From: a virus
Strand: one strand, 5' to 3'
DNA: 63,965 bases
Virus record (IMG/VR): IMGVR_UViG_3300045988_132111
The position numbers were made by a program, and so were the translations under genes. Shown one piece after another: positions 53,454-61,118 of this stretch. Positions within the stretch are counted from its first letter, which is position 1. Each line of letters starts with the position of its first letter. The notes beneath the pieces were generated by a model. The model ran no database searches and was not told where the DNA came from. It worked only from the letters and a program-made list of their open reading frames with translations.

Positions 53454-53777
53454 TTATAAAATAGTTCCGTGAATACTTCCGTCCTTATGAATAAGCATTA
53501 CTATATCTACATTGTCCATTGGGTCATAGAACTCCCTTGAATTTTCCTCTTTATATTTCTTATATTCTTCGTGCAGATATCTTAATTGCTCAGAAATACT
53601 GCTAATAGTTATAGATACCGATATTAATTGTATCTCTAAGTCCATACACTCGGTCAACATAACAACGCCCTTCCGATCGTTAAGATTTTCTCTTTGACGA
53701 CATAACTTGCTATATATCTTTTTATTTCTTTCAAGTTCCTTCTCCAATTCTCTAATTTTAGAATAATAATTTTTCAT
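53454..53777 (-). CDS. hypothetical coiled-coil protein
   Basis: 107-aa ORF. Confidence 0.55.
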   Translation of the reverse strand: MKNYYSKIRELEKELERNKKIYSKLCRQRENLNDRKGVVMLTECMDLEIQLISVSITISSISEQLRYLHEEYKKYKEENSREFYDPMDNVDIVMLIHKDGSIHGTIL

Positions 53778-53805
53778 GACTTTGTTCCTCCTTAGAATTA
53801 TTTAG

Positions 53806-53833
53806 TCATAATAGAAAGTGTTATCTCCGCGAA
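53806..53833 (-). promoter_or_regulatory. promoter-like box P10
   Basis: Coding strand: TTCGCG-GAGATAACACTTTCTA-TTATGA. Confidence 0.55.
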
Positions 53834-53865
53834 AGAGCAAGAGCCGTTGCCAGCTCCGCTCGTAG

Positions 53866-54027
53866 TTATTTCTTGGCTATGCATCTGATAATCCAAGCAA
53901 TTATTAACACTGCCACGATGATGTCACCAAATATCACAAACCCAACGCTGCCAACTACGACAACGCTAATAATTGTGAATACGATTAACGCCAATCCAAG
54001 TAATAATAAAATTGCTAATGTAATCAT
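53866..54027 (-). CDS. small membrane protein (53 aa, not in the track)
   Basis: Own translation: MITLAILLLLGLALIVFTIISVVVVGSVGFVIFGDIIVAVLIIAWIIRCIAKK. GGGAGG RBS, with box P11 upstream. Confidence 0.5.
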   Translation of the reverse strand: MITLAILLLLGLALIVFTIISVVVVGSVGFVIFGDIIVAVLIIAWIIRCIAKK

Positions 54028-54054
54028 CTCTGATTCCTCCCTTGAAATATTTTG

Positions 54055-54082
54055 TCATAATAGAAATTGTAAAATTGGCGAA
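54055..54082 (-). promoter_or_regulatory. promoter-like box P11
   Basis: Coding strand: TTCGCC-AATTTTACAATTTCTA-TTATGA. Confidence 0.55.
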
Positions 54083-54085
54083 AAG

Positions 54086-54110
54086 AAAGAGCCCTTGTTA
54101 AGAGCCCTCT
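54086..54110 (-). terminator. hairpin terminator
   Basis: Coding strand: AGAGGGCTCTT-AAC-AAGGGCTCTTT, an 11-bp stem with G-U pairs, followed by a T-rich tract. Confidence 0.55.
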
Positions 54111-54379
54111 CTTAATTCTTTAATTTTAGCAACAAATATCTCCGCCTCTTGAATAGTTAGCGCCATAGGCATTTGATTCGTATGTCCTAACCAATCTTTT
54201 ACTCTTGTTATTGTTTGCGAAAATATTTTACAACATTCAACAGGCGTATCATCATCTTCCCATTCGATGATCACCTCCTGGTCCTGTTTTTTATTTTCAT
54301 ATACAATATAACAACAAGATAAATCAGATACACGAATCTCATATCCTAAAGATTCTATTTGTTTATCAATATCGGTCAT
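54098..54379 (-). CDS. hypothetical protein
   Basis: The ATG at 54379 follows TAGGAGGG. The track start at 54409 lies inside box P12. Confidence 0.55.
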   Translation of the reverse strand: MTDIDKQIESLGYEIRVSDLSCCYIVYENKKQDQEVIIEWEDDDTPVECCKIFSQTITRVKDWLGHTNQMPMALTIQEAEIFVAKIKELREGS

Positions 54380-54405
54380 AGATACCCTCCTAAAATATTT
54401 TTTTT

Positions 54406-54433
54406 TCATAACACCCCATGTAATTTTCGCTAA
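54406..54433 (-). promoter_or_regulatory. promoter-like box P12
   Basis: Coding strand: TTAGCG-AAAATTACATGGGGTG-TTATGA. Confidence 0.5.
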
Positions 54434-54789
54434 AATCCAGTCTTATCGAAATATGTTTCCCAGCGTTCCCGGACCATGGGTTTCATCCTTAGATTCCACA
54501 TTAATTGTCGGACCGTCATTGTTGGATATAATCCATTCGTAGGTGTACTGGCGTATTTATCAAAGACTGATTTAAATTTGGAATGTAAATATAGAGCATC
54601 CGTCAAACACCGGTCGATCTCAGACCACCAGGTGCATTTTGATTTTTTGTCGTATCTTTGTTGGATAACCGCCAGCCCTTTGTCTCCAATCAAATATAAA
54701 GTACAGTGGTTGTACGCTGGATGATTACATTCGTAGAGCTGCCCATACATTGATGAATATTCTGCTGGCTTTGTGTAATGGTATTTCAT
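54430..54789 (-). CDS. hypothetical protein
   Basis: 119-aa ORF. Confidence 0.55.
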   Translation of the reverse strand: MKYHYTKPAEYSSMYGQLYECNHPAYNHCTLYLIGDKGLAVIQQRYDKKSKCTWWSEIDRCLTDALYLHSKFKSVFDKYASTPTNGLYPTMTVRQLMWNLRMKPMVRERWETYFDKTGF

Positions 54790-54840
54790 TTGTTACTCCT
54801 TCTAAGCAAAAAGAAAGAGCCCCGGTTAGGACTCTGACTT

Positions 54841-55092
54841 TTAGAATTTTATTACTTTTGCCTTTCTGTAAGATACTTCGCATGGATATGCTTCTGCCAT
54901 TCCAGTCATTAAGATATCCAATGCCAATAAATCAACAACCAACAAATAAGACACGCCTTTCGAAAATTTCCTTTTTCCGATCATAAGACCGCCTGACTCA
55001 TTTATCAGTTCTTGAATTATGGCATCATTATCTGGTTCTACGCCATGAACAGTCATTTGAAATACCCATGCGTTTTTACTCATTTTTCGCAT
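54841..55092 (-). CDS. hypothetical protein
   Basis: 83-aa ORF. AAAGGAGG RBS. Confidence 0.55.
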   Translation of the reverse strand: MRKMSKNAWVFQMTVHGVEPDNDAIIQELINESGGLMIGKRKFSKGVSYLLVVDLLALDILMTGMAEAYPCEVSYRKAKVIKF

Positions 55093-55107
55093 AAAAGATT
55101 CCTCCTT

Positions 55108-55135
55108 TCATTATAGGAGCTGTAAAAATAGCGAA
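55108..55135 (-). promoter_or_regulatory. promoter-like box P13
   Basis: Coding strand: TTCGCT-ATTTTTACAGCTCCTA-TAATGA. Confidence 0.5.
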
Positions 55136-55140
55136 AAAAT

Positions 55141-55171
55141 AAGAGCCTACGTAGAATTTACGTAAGCCCTT
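55141..55171 (-). terminator. hairpin terminator
   Basis: Coding strand: AAGGGCTTACGTA-AATTC-TACGTAGGCTCTT followed by ATTTTTT. Confidence 0.65.
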
Positions 55172-55183
55172 ATGTGGTGTTAT

Positions 55184-55597
55184 TTAATCGTGATCATCTG
55201 GTGTTGCTAACAGTGAAAACATCATACCTAATAATATAGCGAACACGCCAACCATAAGGAATAAACCTTCTTTTGTAATGTACGAAAGAAATAAACAAAA
55301 AATAGCCAAAATAAACGAAGAAATACCCATGGTCATCATGAATTTTCTCGTTCTATTTCTTGTCCTTTCTTCATTCCGAAGTTTCATTTGTTCAATCTCA
55401 AGCTCTTTAAGTCTGATCGCTTTGTCAACTTCAGCTTCTTTGATTCTAGCCTCGTCGATTTTTCGATAGGTACGAGTGGAAGAATTATCATTAATCAGTA
55501 TCCTTGTTCCGCAATATTGACAATAACACATTTTTCTTCCTTCTTCGATATTCAAATCAGCCTTACACTCCGGACATTTTAACGAGATCAACTTCAT
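55184..55597 (-). CDS. zinc-ribbon membrane protein
   Basis: CPECKA..(14 aa)..CQYCG, then a coiled coil and two TM segments. Confidence 0.6.
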   Translation of the reverse strand: MKLISLKCPECKADLNIEEGRKMCYCQYCGTRILINDNSSTRTYRKIDEARIKEAEVDKAIRLKELEIEQMKLRNEERTRNRTRKFMMTMGISSFILAIFCLFLSYITKEGLFLMVGVFAILLGMMFSLLATPDDHD

Positions 55598-55598
55598 G

Positions 55599-56039
55599 TT
55601 AATTCTCCGCCATCCATGAAGCAGAAATCTCTTCTACCACAAGAGATCCCCATGTCACATCTAAATATTCTCCGTCATCAATGTTCATCATTTCAGAGTC
55701 CCCGTCTTCATAACTAACAGAACCCTGAACTGCATTTCCCTTAGCATCATGATCTTCTTTGGATGAATATACGTTGAAGCACGATGAATCATATCCCTTG
55801 CAGCCAAACACTTTATACTGTCCCGCTTTGATATCTTTTCCAACTTCATATGTTCCCTGTGGTAAAACATTATCCCCGCCACGATCGGCAATTTGAGCAT
55901 TAATCTCATCTCTCAATGCAACCAATTCTTCAGTGCTCATAGAATCATAGTCAATTGTACTCTGCTCAGATGCCATTACAGGAGAAGCAATTAACCCAAT
56001 AGCCAAAATCATAGAAGTAATAATAGTTTTTTTCATCAT
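55599..56039 (-). CDS. secreted protein
   Basis: N-terminal signal peptide MMKKTIITSMILAIGLIASPVMASE. Confidence 0.6.
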   Translation of the reverse strand: MMKKTIITSMILAIGLIASPVMASEQSTIDYDSMSTEELVALRDEINAQIADRGGDNVLPQGTYEVGKDIKAGQYKVFGCKGYDSSCFNVYSSKEDHDAKGNAVQGSVSYEDGDSEMMNIDDGEYLDVTWGSLVVEEISASWMAEN

Positions 56040-56096
56040 AAGTGGACCCTCCGTTTTTTTTTTAATAATTTTCTAACAAAAATATTATCACATTTA

Positions 56097-56105
56097 CCCC
56101 CCCCC
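56097..56105. repeat. C9 (coding strand G9) homopolymer in a promoter spacer
   Basis: Counted directly in the sequence. It lies between a TAGACG (-35-like) element and TGTGATAAT (extended -10, 56084-56092). Confidence 0.9.
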
Positions 56106-56131
56106 GTCTATATTTTTCACATAAAAAGATA

Positions 56132-56158
56132 AAGACGCCAAGTTTCCTCAGCGCCTTG
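56132..56158 (-). terminator. GAAA-tetraloop terminator (repeat family B, copy 1)
   Basis: Coding strand: AAGGCGCTGAG-GAAA-CTTGGCGTCTT followed by TATCTTTTT. Confidence 0.65.
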
Positions 56159-56166
56159 TTCCAATA

Positions 56167-56550
56167 TTACTTTCTCTTGAAGAGATTATTAATGAAATTT
56201 CTACCTGCCATTGTGGTGACTGTACCGACCTCTTCAAACTTCAATGTCTTGAGTGTCCCCCAGATGGTTACAACAGTTCCGACGCCAGATATAACTACTG
56301 TTATGACATTTTTAACCTTCCGATCTCTAATCTCAGCCTCAATCTGTCTGTACTTCAGTTCCAAATCTTCATTTCGATTCGCCTGTCGTTCGTCTTGATC
56401 TCTGTTGATCTTATCCATCTCGATTGCTTTGTCCATCAGTTTCACGATTCCATCTGTTGTCACTTTGTACTTGTCTGAGCCAAGCTCAAGTGTACTAAGC
56501 CCTTGGAGCTCATCCTTGATCTCATCCTGCAATAACTGTTCGATTTCCAT
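56167..56550 (-). CDS. coiled-coil protein with a C-terminal TM segment
   Basis: 127-aa ORF. Confidence 0.55.
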   Translation of the reverse strand: MEIEQLLQDEIKDELQGLSTLELGSDKYKVTTDGIVKLMDKAIEMDKINRDQDERQANRNEDLELKYRQIEAEIRDRKVKNVITVVISGVGTVVTIWGTLKTLKFEEVGTVTTMAGRNFINNLFKRK

Positions 56551-56577
56551 TTTGAAATCCTCCTTTATGTAATATTC

Positions 56578-56605
56578 TCATAAGACGCCATGTTATTTTT
56601 GCGAA
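56578..56605 (-). promoter_or_regulatory. promoter-like box P14
   Basis: Coding strand: TTCGCA-AAAATAACATGGCGTC-TTATGA. Confidence 0.5.
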
Positions 56606-56814
56606 GACTGTTCTTCTTTATATATGATAATTCTTTTCTTTTTAGAAAGGTCGCCTTGAGTTGGTATACGAACATTTATGTTGTAAAATCCAGTATCTTC
56701 ATCATCATCATATGGTACTACTGTGAAATATCCGTATCCCGATTTGTGATAAAAAAATAAAAGCGTTAATACCACTCCCAAAGCAACTCCAATAAGTAAA
56801 ATAAGATAGTTCAT
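56593..56814 (-). CDS. small membrane protein
   Basis: The ATG at 56814 follows GGAGGAAAAGAAA. MNYLILLIGVALGVVLTLLFF. Confidence 0.55.
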   Translation of the reverse strand: MNYLILLIGVALGVVLTLLFFYHKSGYGYFTVVPYDDDEDTGFYNINVRIPTQGDLSKKKRIIIYKEEQSSQK

Positions 56815-56963
56815 TTTCTTTTCCTCCATTGTGAATATTTTAATAATAAGGTATCTATTTCGCTTATAACAAGTTAATTCACCCCCCTCTTTTTTTTACA
56901 TGATATAAATATAAACCGTAATATTGTTGCCTCAGTACGGTTTTTATCCTAGAAAAAAGTAAA

Positions 56964-56984
56964 ACGCCAAGTTTCCTCAGCGCT
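56964..56984 (-). terminator. GAAA-tetraloop terminator (repeat family B, copy 2)
   Basis: Coding strand: GCGCTGAG-GAAA-CTTGGCGT followed by TTTACTTTTTT. The core gcgctgaggaaacttggcgt is shared with 56132..56158. Confidence 0.65.
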
Positions 56985-57216
56985 TCACCATGAAATCGAA
57001 TAACTTTAATTCAACTTTCCGTTCTTCTGATTTATTTTCCACGGTAATGTCATGCAACTTTGCGATCAAATCCATTTCATCCTTGTATATGCTATGAATC
57101 ATATTCAGATTTCTATTCAAATCATCCTCTGTTTTAGCTTTATACATGGAATCAACAAGCTTTGTGTATTTTTCGTTTGCTGTTGCCACCATTGCGTTAA
57201 AATTTACAGAATCCAT
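56977..57216 (-). CDS. hypothetical protein
   Basis: 79-aa ORF. AAGGAGG RBS. Confidence 0.55.
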   Translation of the reverse strand: MDSVNFNAMVATANEKYTKLVDSMYKAKTEDDLNRNLNMIHSIYKDEMDLIAKLHDITVENKSEERKVELKLFDFMVKR

Positions 57217-57249
57217 TTAAAAAATCCTCCTTAAAATTTTATCTATTCC

Positions 57250-57277
57250 CTATAAAAGAGAAAGATAAAATCGCGAA
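57250..57277 (-). promoter_or_regulatory. promoter-like box P15
   Basis: Coding strand: TTCGCG-ATTTTATCTTTCTCTT-TTATAG. Confidence 0.4.
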
Positions 57278-57306
57278 TAATTTTACTGGCAAAAAATTTT
57301 CATATA

Positions 57307-57315
57307 TGCTAGAAT
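57307..57315 (+). promoter_or_regulatory. extended -10 (TGCTAGAAT) for the plus-strand pair
   Basis: TGnTAGAAT lies 30 nt upstream of the ATG at 57345. Only a weak -35 is present (TGGCAA). Confidence 0.45.
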
Positions 57316-57344
57316 AGCCGTACTACAAAAAGGATGGTTTTGTT

Positions 57345-57608
57345 ATGACAACTGAAGAAATCAATGCAATTCATGATTACGGTGGTGGTATCTGTCCAGA
57401 ATGCGAAGTGGAAATGGATCAGATAGAAGAAGGTGGGCTTTTAAAATTTGTCTGCCCGGAATGCGGTTACACTGTAGACTGCTCGGAATATGAATACGAA
57501 AGCGATTCTCGCGAACCATCAGACGACGAAATTCCTGGTGGATGTGTTGCTTGCGGTTGTCCAGCATATCCTGACTGTATGACAGCTTGTAGCAGATTTG
57601 ACGATTAA
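57345..57608 (+). CDS. double zinc-ribbon protein
   Basis: CPECEV..(15 aa)..CPECGY, plus a C-terminal CVACGCPAYPDCMTAC. Confidence 0.6.
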   Translation: MTTEEINAIHDYGGGICPECEVEMDQIEEGGLLKFVCPECGYTVDCSEYEYESDSREPSDDEIPGGCVACGCPAYPDCMTACSRFDD

Positions 57609-57633
57609 ACTAGAAAAGAAAGGATATAATAAA

Positions 57634-57807
57634 ATGACAGAAACAGAAATTCAGATGTTTATTGAAACTATGGAAGATCTCGGAGACGAGTGGACACCAG
57701 AGCAGGTAAAAACGATGTACGGCGATTACACCTACGAAGCTGCAGTCAAAGAACGCAAACAACACATAGATATGCAATTAAATAACTTAGCGGCGCTCGT
57801 TAAATAA
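57634..57807 (+). CDS. small acidic hypothetical protein
   Basis: I prefer the ATG at 57634 to the TTG at 57598. Confidence 0.5.
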   Translation: MTETEIQMFIETMEDLGDEWTPEQVKTMYGDYTYEAAVKERKQHIDMQLNNLAALVK

Positions 57808-57828
57808 GTCCAGGCAAAAAAAGATAAA

Positions 57829-57849
57829 GGAGCTGTAATATGCAGCCCC
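57829..57849. terminator. bidirectional terminator between convergent genes
   Basis: GGAGCTG-taatatg-CAGCCCC has one mismatch. It is flanked by A7 upstream and T6 downstream. Confidence 0.6.
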
Positions 57850-57858
57850 TTTTTTCTT

Positions 57859-58152
57859 TTACCAATGTGTAATAATCATCATGGAGTCATCCTCGGGTTC
57901 TCTAATAACGTCAATGTCAATCTTTTTACTTTCGAGCTCAATTTCTACGATAGTCCATGGCTCGTTAGGTTTTGCATTCAATTTACCCGTAATTTTTCCA
58001 TTAGGTAAAATCACTACAAATCCCCAACGTCCCAAATGAGTGCGTTCAATAAATTGTAACTCGATTATAACATCGTTCTTGTCGTCACCATTGAGATCCA
58101 ACTGGAACTCTACAAATTTTGTATCTTTTGGTACCGAAATTGTTTGTCGCAT
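57859..58152 (-). CDS. hypothetical protein
   Basis: 97-aa ORF. Confidence 0.55.
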   Translation of the reverse strand: MRQTISVPKDTKFVEFQLDLNGDDKNDVIIELQFIERTHLGRWGFVVILPNGKITGKLNAKPNEPWTIVEIELESKKIDIDVIREPEDDSMMIITHW

Positions 58153-58177
58153 ATGTATATGCCTCCTTTATCTTTTC

Positions 58178-58205
58178 TCACAATAGCAAATGCGATTTTC
58201 ACGAA
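58178..58205 (-). promoter_or_regulatory. promoter-like box P16
   Basis: Coding strand: TTCGTG-AAAATCGCATTTGCTA-TTGTGA. Confidence 0.45.
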
Positions 58206-58625
58206 TTATTCCCGCGCTTTGTTCAGCAGCCAGAAGAACCTCCGGTAGGCTGTATAGTACACGTCTTTGCAGCAAGGGATATTCATTCTAGCTTTCAAAA
58301 TATCATAGCTCCATCCTTCTGTAACGCCTTTTAATATGTACTCTGCCAGCTCCGGATCAGTTTCTTTTGCTACTTTCTCAATCATCTCCATACGGATAGA
58401 ATAATAATGCTTGAGTATAGCAATTCGCTCAGTAGGGTTTGATACATGACGCGCCTTCCCAAATGCGTTCAATGCCTCACGTCTACTTAACATCCCATTC
58501 AGAGAAGAATACGCCTTCTTCCAGATTGGGTATTGCAGACAAAAATGTTTCAATTCGTAATGTCGATGTTTCTCGATCCAGTATGGATTCTTCTCCGATA
58601 CCTCTGCTCTTATAATATTTCCCAT
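58206..58625 (-). CDS. putative transcriptional activator (sigma-70 region-4 / ArpU-RinA-like)
   Basis: 139 aa from the ATG at 58625 (AAAGGAGG RBS). The C-terminal GWSYDILKARMNIPCCKDVYYTAYRRFFWLL is HTH-like. Size and context fit phage late activators. Confidence 0.4.
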   Translation of the reverse strand: MGNIIRAEVSEKNPYWIEKHRHYELKHFCLQYPIWKKAYSSLNGMLSRREALNAFGKARHVSNPTERIAILKHYYSIRMEMIEKVAKETDPELAEYILKGVTEGWSYDILKARMNIPCCKDVYYTAYRRFFWLLNKARE

Positions 58626-58706
58626 TAGAACATCGCCTCCTTTCAACACTAATTCTAGGTTAAAAGGTCGAAATTGTTAAAACAAAGTCAGTGGAAAAAT
58701 TTACCA

Positions 58707-59021
58707 TTACAATCTCGGTTTAATGCACTGCTTCTTCCAACGTTTCATTGTTTCCTCGCAAGGGAAATCTTCATAGCCTAAAGTATCTGGACCGATAAGT
58801 CCTTCCACTACTCCATCTATGATATCTGCTTCATAATGCTTGAAAGGATATACATATTCTGAGAGATCTCGATGAATAGTCTTGCACTTAGGACATTTAT
58901 AGCGCTCTATAGCAACAAGCTTCTTTGAATGATTCTTACCTCTTACGATTCGTTTCACAGTATCGTATCGCTTCAATTTTTCTTTACAGTTAGGGCAGTA
59001 TTTGTCTATGGTGTTCGCCAA
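58707..59021 (-). CDS. zinc-ribbon protein
   Basis: CPNCKE..(~25 aa)..CPKCKT. TTG start. Confidence 0.5.
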   Translation of the reverse strand: MANTIDKYCPNCKEKLKRYDTVKRIVRGKNHSKKLVAIERYKCPKCKTIHRDLSEYVYPFKHYEADIIDGVVEGLIGPDTLGYEDFPCEETMKRWKKQCIKPRL

Positions 59022-59140
59022 CCTTTCATATAATCCGTACTATAACCATATCATTTACCGCCAAAGGAGCACATATACATAAAAAGAGCACCGGTAGATT
59101 TTTCCACTAATGCTCTTATAAGTTCAATTCGATTTTCCTT

Positions 59141-59363
59141 TTTACTACACCATTTACTACACCATTTTTACACCAAAATACGATATTTTGCGATACTTTA
59201 CGATAGGCATAAAAGCCCGCAAACCCGCATAAATACTGGATTTTTAGGAATTTTTAAACTGCAATGTATATTCTTAACTTTTTCTTAAAGATTAGTTCCA
59301 AAAAGCCAGTAAAATCAAGGGTTTTCAGACTATAGGTCTTTTTACTACACCACTTTTACACCA
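59141..59363. other. candidate attP region with arm-type repeats
   Basis: TTTACTACACCA occurs at 59141, 59153 and 59341. TTTTACACCA occurs at 59166 and 59354. CGATA occurs at 59181, 59191 and 59201, exactly 10-bp phased. Confidence 0.5.
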
Positions 59364-60493
59364 TTTTGATTTTCCATCTTTTTCATCTCATCAAATAAAG
59401 TCTCATCTGAAACATGACAGTATAAATCCATTGTCATCTGTAATGAGCTGTGACCTAATATTTTTTGAAGTGTTTTAGGATTCATCCCATTTTCTATAGC
59501 TCTTGTTGCGAAAGTATGTCTAAATGCATGTGGAGTGAATTTTTTTATACAAATTCCATCAGCTTCCATTTTATTTAGTATCTCGTTTATTGCGTCAATT
59601 GCTGACACCTCCTGAAAAGGTTTGCCACTGCTTGTAGGGAATACCAGGTCTTTGAAATCCCAACATTTGCGTTTTTTAATTCTAGTTTCGTTTAATAGCT
59701 TTTGACGTATAAGCGCATCAATACATACATTTGTAAGTGGAATTAATCGTTTTCCATTAAATGTTTTCGGATCATGAGCTTCGAAATAGTAGCCATTTTC
59801 TCCATGTATATGACACATCGTTCTTCTTACGTACAGTGCTCGTTTTTCGAAATCTATATCACTCCAGTACAGCCCTTTTAGTTCCCCGATGCGCATTCCA
59901 GTTTCAAGAGCTACAACGAATAAATTATAGTATCTATGGCCTTTAGCGTATGTAAGGAATAATTTAGTTTCTTCAATTCCAAGAACTCGTCGCTCTTTTG
60001 GTGTCTCTTTATCAATTTTAGTTATAAGATCTTTTGCAAAATTCCGCGGTACCAAACCATTTCTTTTCGCTTCCATAAATAAACCATTCAAAACTACTTT
60101 GACCCTGACTCTCTGGTGATTGCTTTTCAGTTTATTCAACTCCGATTGCAATATCACAGGGTTTAGCTTCTGTATTTTTTCACGACCGATTCTCTCTTTT
60201 ATAGATTTATACGCTATATCGTAGGCGCTTAATGTTGTATTTCTACAATTTCCTTTACATGTGGTTATCCAAACCTTATACCATTCGTCTAATGTCATGT
60301 TACTTTTTACCAGATTTACTCCATTGTCATCAGCAGTCTGGGCTTTTCGCATTTGGGTTCTGAGATTGTTTAGGTTCTTATCATATAAAGTTTCCCTTTT
60401 TCCAAAGCGATTTGTGAATCTAGCTTGATATAAGCCGTCTTGTCTTTGAGTGATACCGATACCCAGTTCTTTTCCTTTTAGTGATTTTCCCAT
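59345..60493 (-). CDS. int: tyrosine integrase
   Basis: HAFRHTFATRAI and LGHSSLQMTMDLYCH form the R..HxxR..Y catalytic signature. The N-terminus is SAM-like. Confidence 0.9.
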   Translation of the reverse strand: MGKSLKGKELGIGITQRQDGLYQARFTNRFGKRETLYDKNLNNLRTQMRKAQTADDNGVNLVKSNMTLDEWYKVWITTCKGNCRNTTLSAYDIAYKSIKERIGREKIQKLNPVILQSELNKLKSNHQRVRVKVVLNGLFMEAKRNGLVPRNFAKDLITKIDKETPKERRVLGIEETKLFLTYAKGHRYYNLFVVALETGMRIGELKGLYWSDIDFEKRALYVRRTMCHIHGENGYYFEAHDPKTFNGKRLIPLTNVCIDALIRQKLLNETRIKKRKCWDFKDLVFPTSSGKPFQEVSAIDAINEILNKMEADGICIKKFTPHAFRHTFATRAIENGMNPKTLQKILGHSSLQMTMDLYCHVSDETLFDEMKKMENQNGVKVV

Positions 60494-60551
60494 ATGTACT
60501 CCTTTCCGTAATGGGGAAAATCCAAATTGAACTTACCCCAAATATACCATT

Positions 60552-60737
60552 TTAAAAGATATTTCGCAATAACCAAGCATCGACTTTATCCCTGTGAGCA
60601 TATAATCGGTTTCCTATTCGAACAGTAAAACCATTATCAGGATTATGCAACAACTCTCTCGCTTTGGTTTCTCCTATACTCAAATATGCACACAAGTCTT
60701 TCACAGTAAGTAACTTCTTTTCTTCTTTATTTTCCAT
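60552..60737 (-). CDS. excisionase-type HTH protein
   Basis: LLTVKDLCAYLSIGETKARELL. The ATG at 60737 follows TGGAGG. Confidence 0.55.
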   Translation of the reverse strand: MENKEEKKLLTVKDLCAYLSIGETKARELLHNPDNGFTVRIGNRLYAHRDKVDAWLLRNIF

Positions 60738-60813
60738 TTTGACTACCTCCATTCTAGTTTTGATAGTACCAACGGAGACCGTCGCCTGCGTACGGAAAAT
60801 TAAAAGAAAAAGT

Positions 60814-60833
60814 GAGAGTCATTGCTGACCCTC
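60814..60833 (-). terminator. GCAA-tetraloop hairpin
   Basis: Coding strand: GAGGGTCA-GCAA-TGACTCTC followed by ACTTTTTCTTTT. Confidence 0.6.
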
Positions 60834-61010
60834 ATCTTTCTCTTCACACACACTGAAACAGAAACCAAATACCAAGAATGCAACCATAAAGAACATTACA
60901 CCAGCATAGGCTGACCCAAGCATCACCAACACGAACGTAACTATATACGTCATTATGACAGCTTCCAACCACACTAATTCTTTTATAATTTTTTCATTCT
61001 TTTTATTCAT
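60819..61010 (-). CDS. small membrane protein
   Basis: 63 aa with two TM segments. It has its own box P17 and a terminator. Confidence 0.55.
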   Translation of the reverse strand: MNKKNEKIIKELVWLEAVIMTYIVTFVLVMLGSAYAGVMFFMVAFLVFGFCFSVCEEKDEGQQ

Positions 61011-61042
61011 AATCTAATCCTCCTTCAATAGGTATGTTTTTC

Positions 61043-61070
61043 TCATAAAGGAGCATGTGCTTTTCGCGAA
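61043..61070 (-). promoter_or_regulatory. promoter-like box P17
   Basis: Coding strand: TTCGCG-AAAAGCACATGCTCCT-TTATGA. The left element is part of the perfect 14-bp palindrome CTTTTCGCGAAAAG. Confidence 0.55.
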
Positions 61071-61075
61071 AAGAA

Positions 61076-61104
61076 AGAGGCCATGTAAAATATACGCAGC
61101 CTCT
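61076..61104 (-). terminator. hairpin terminator ending the late operon
   Basis: Coding strand: AGAGGCTG-(13 nt)-TGGCCTCT followed by TTCTTTT. Confidence 0.55.
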
Positions 61105-61118
61105 TTCTTCATTACTTA

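Noticed and set aside
53873-54115. Plus-strand 80-aa ORF.
   Set aside because: The opposite strand carries a promoter box, an RBS and a 53-aa membrane ORF consistent with the neighbouring unit structure.
53100-57300. Regularly recurring short conserved elements that might suggest a CRISPR array.
   Set aside because: The repeats are 28-nt promoter-like boxes and varied hairpins. They are separated by protein-coding units of 70-450 bp with RBSs. There is no constant direct repeat, no uniform spacer length and no cas genes.
58650-58706. A further P-box candidate (TTTCGA-N16-TAGTGT) upstream of the sigma/ArpU-like gene. Variants containing AACCACTT also occur near 49185 and 53125.
   Set aside because: They have too many mismatches in both hexamers to be called with the same confidence. 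They are noted as possible degenerate members only.
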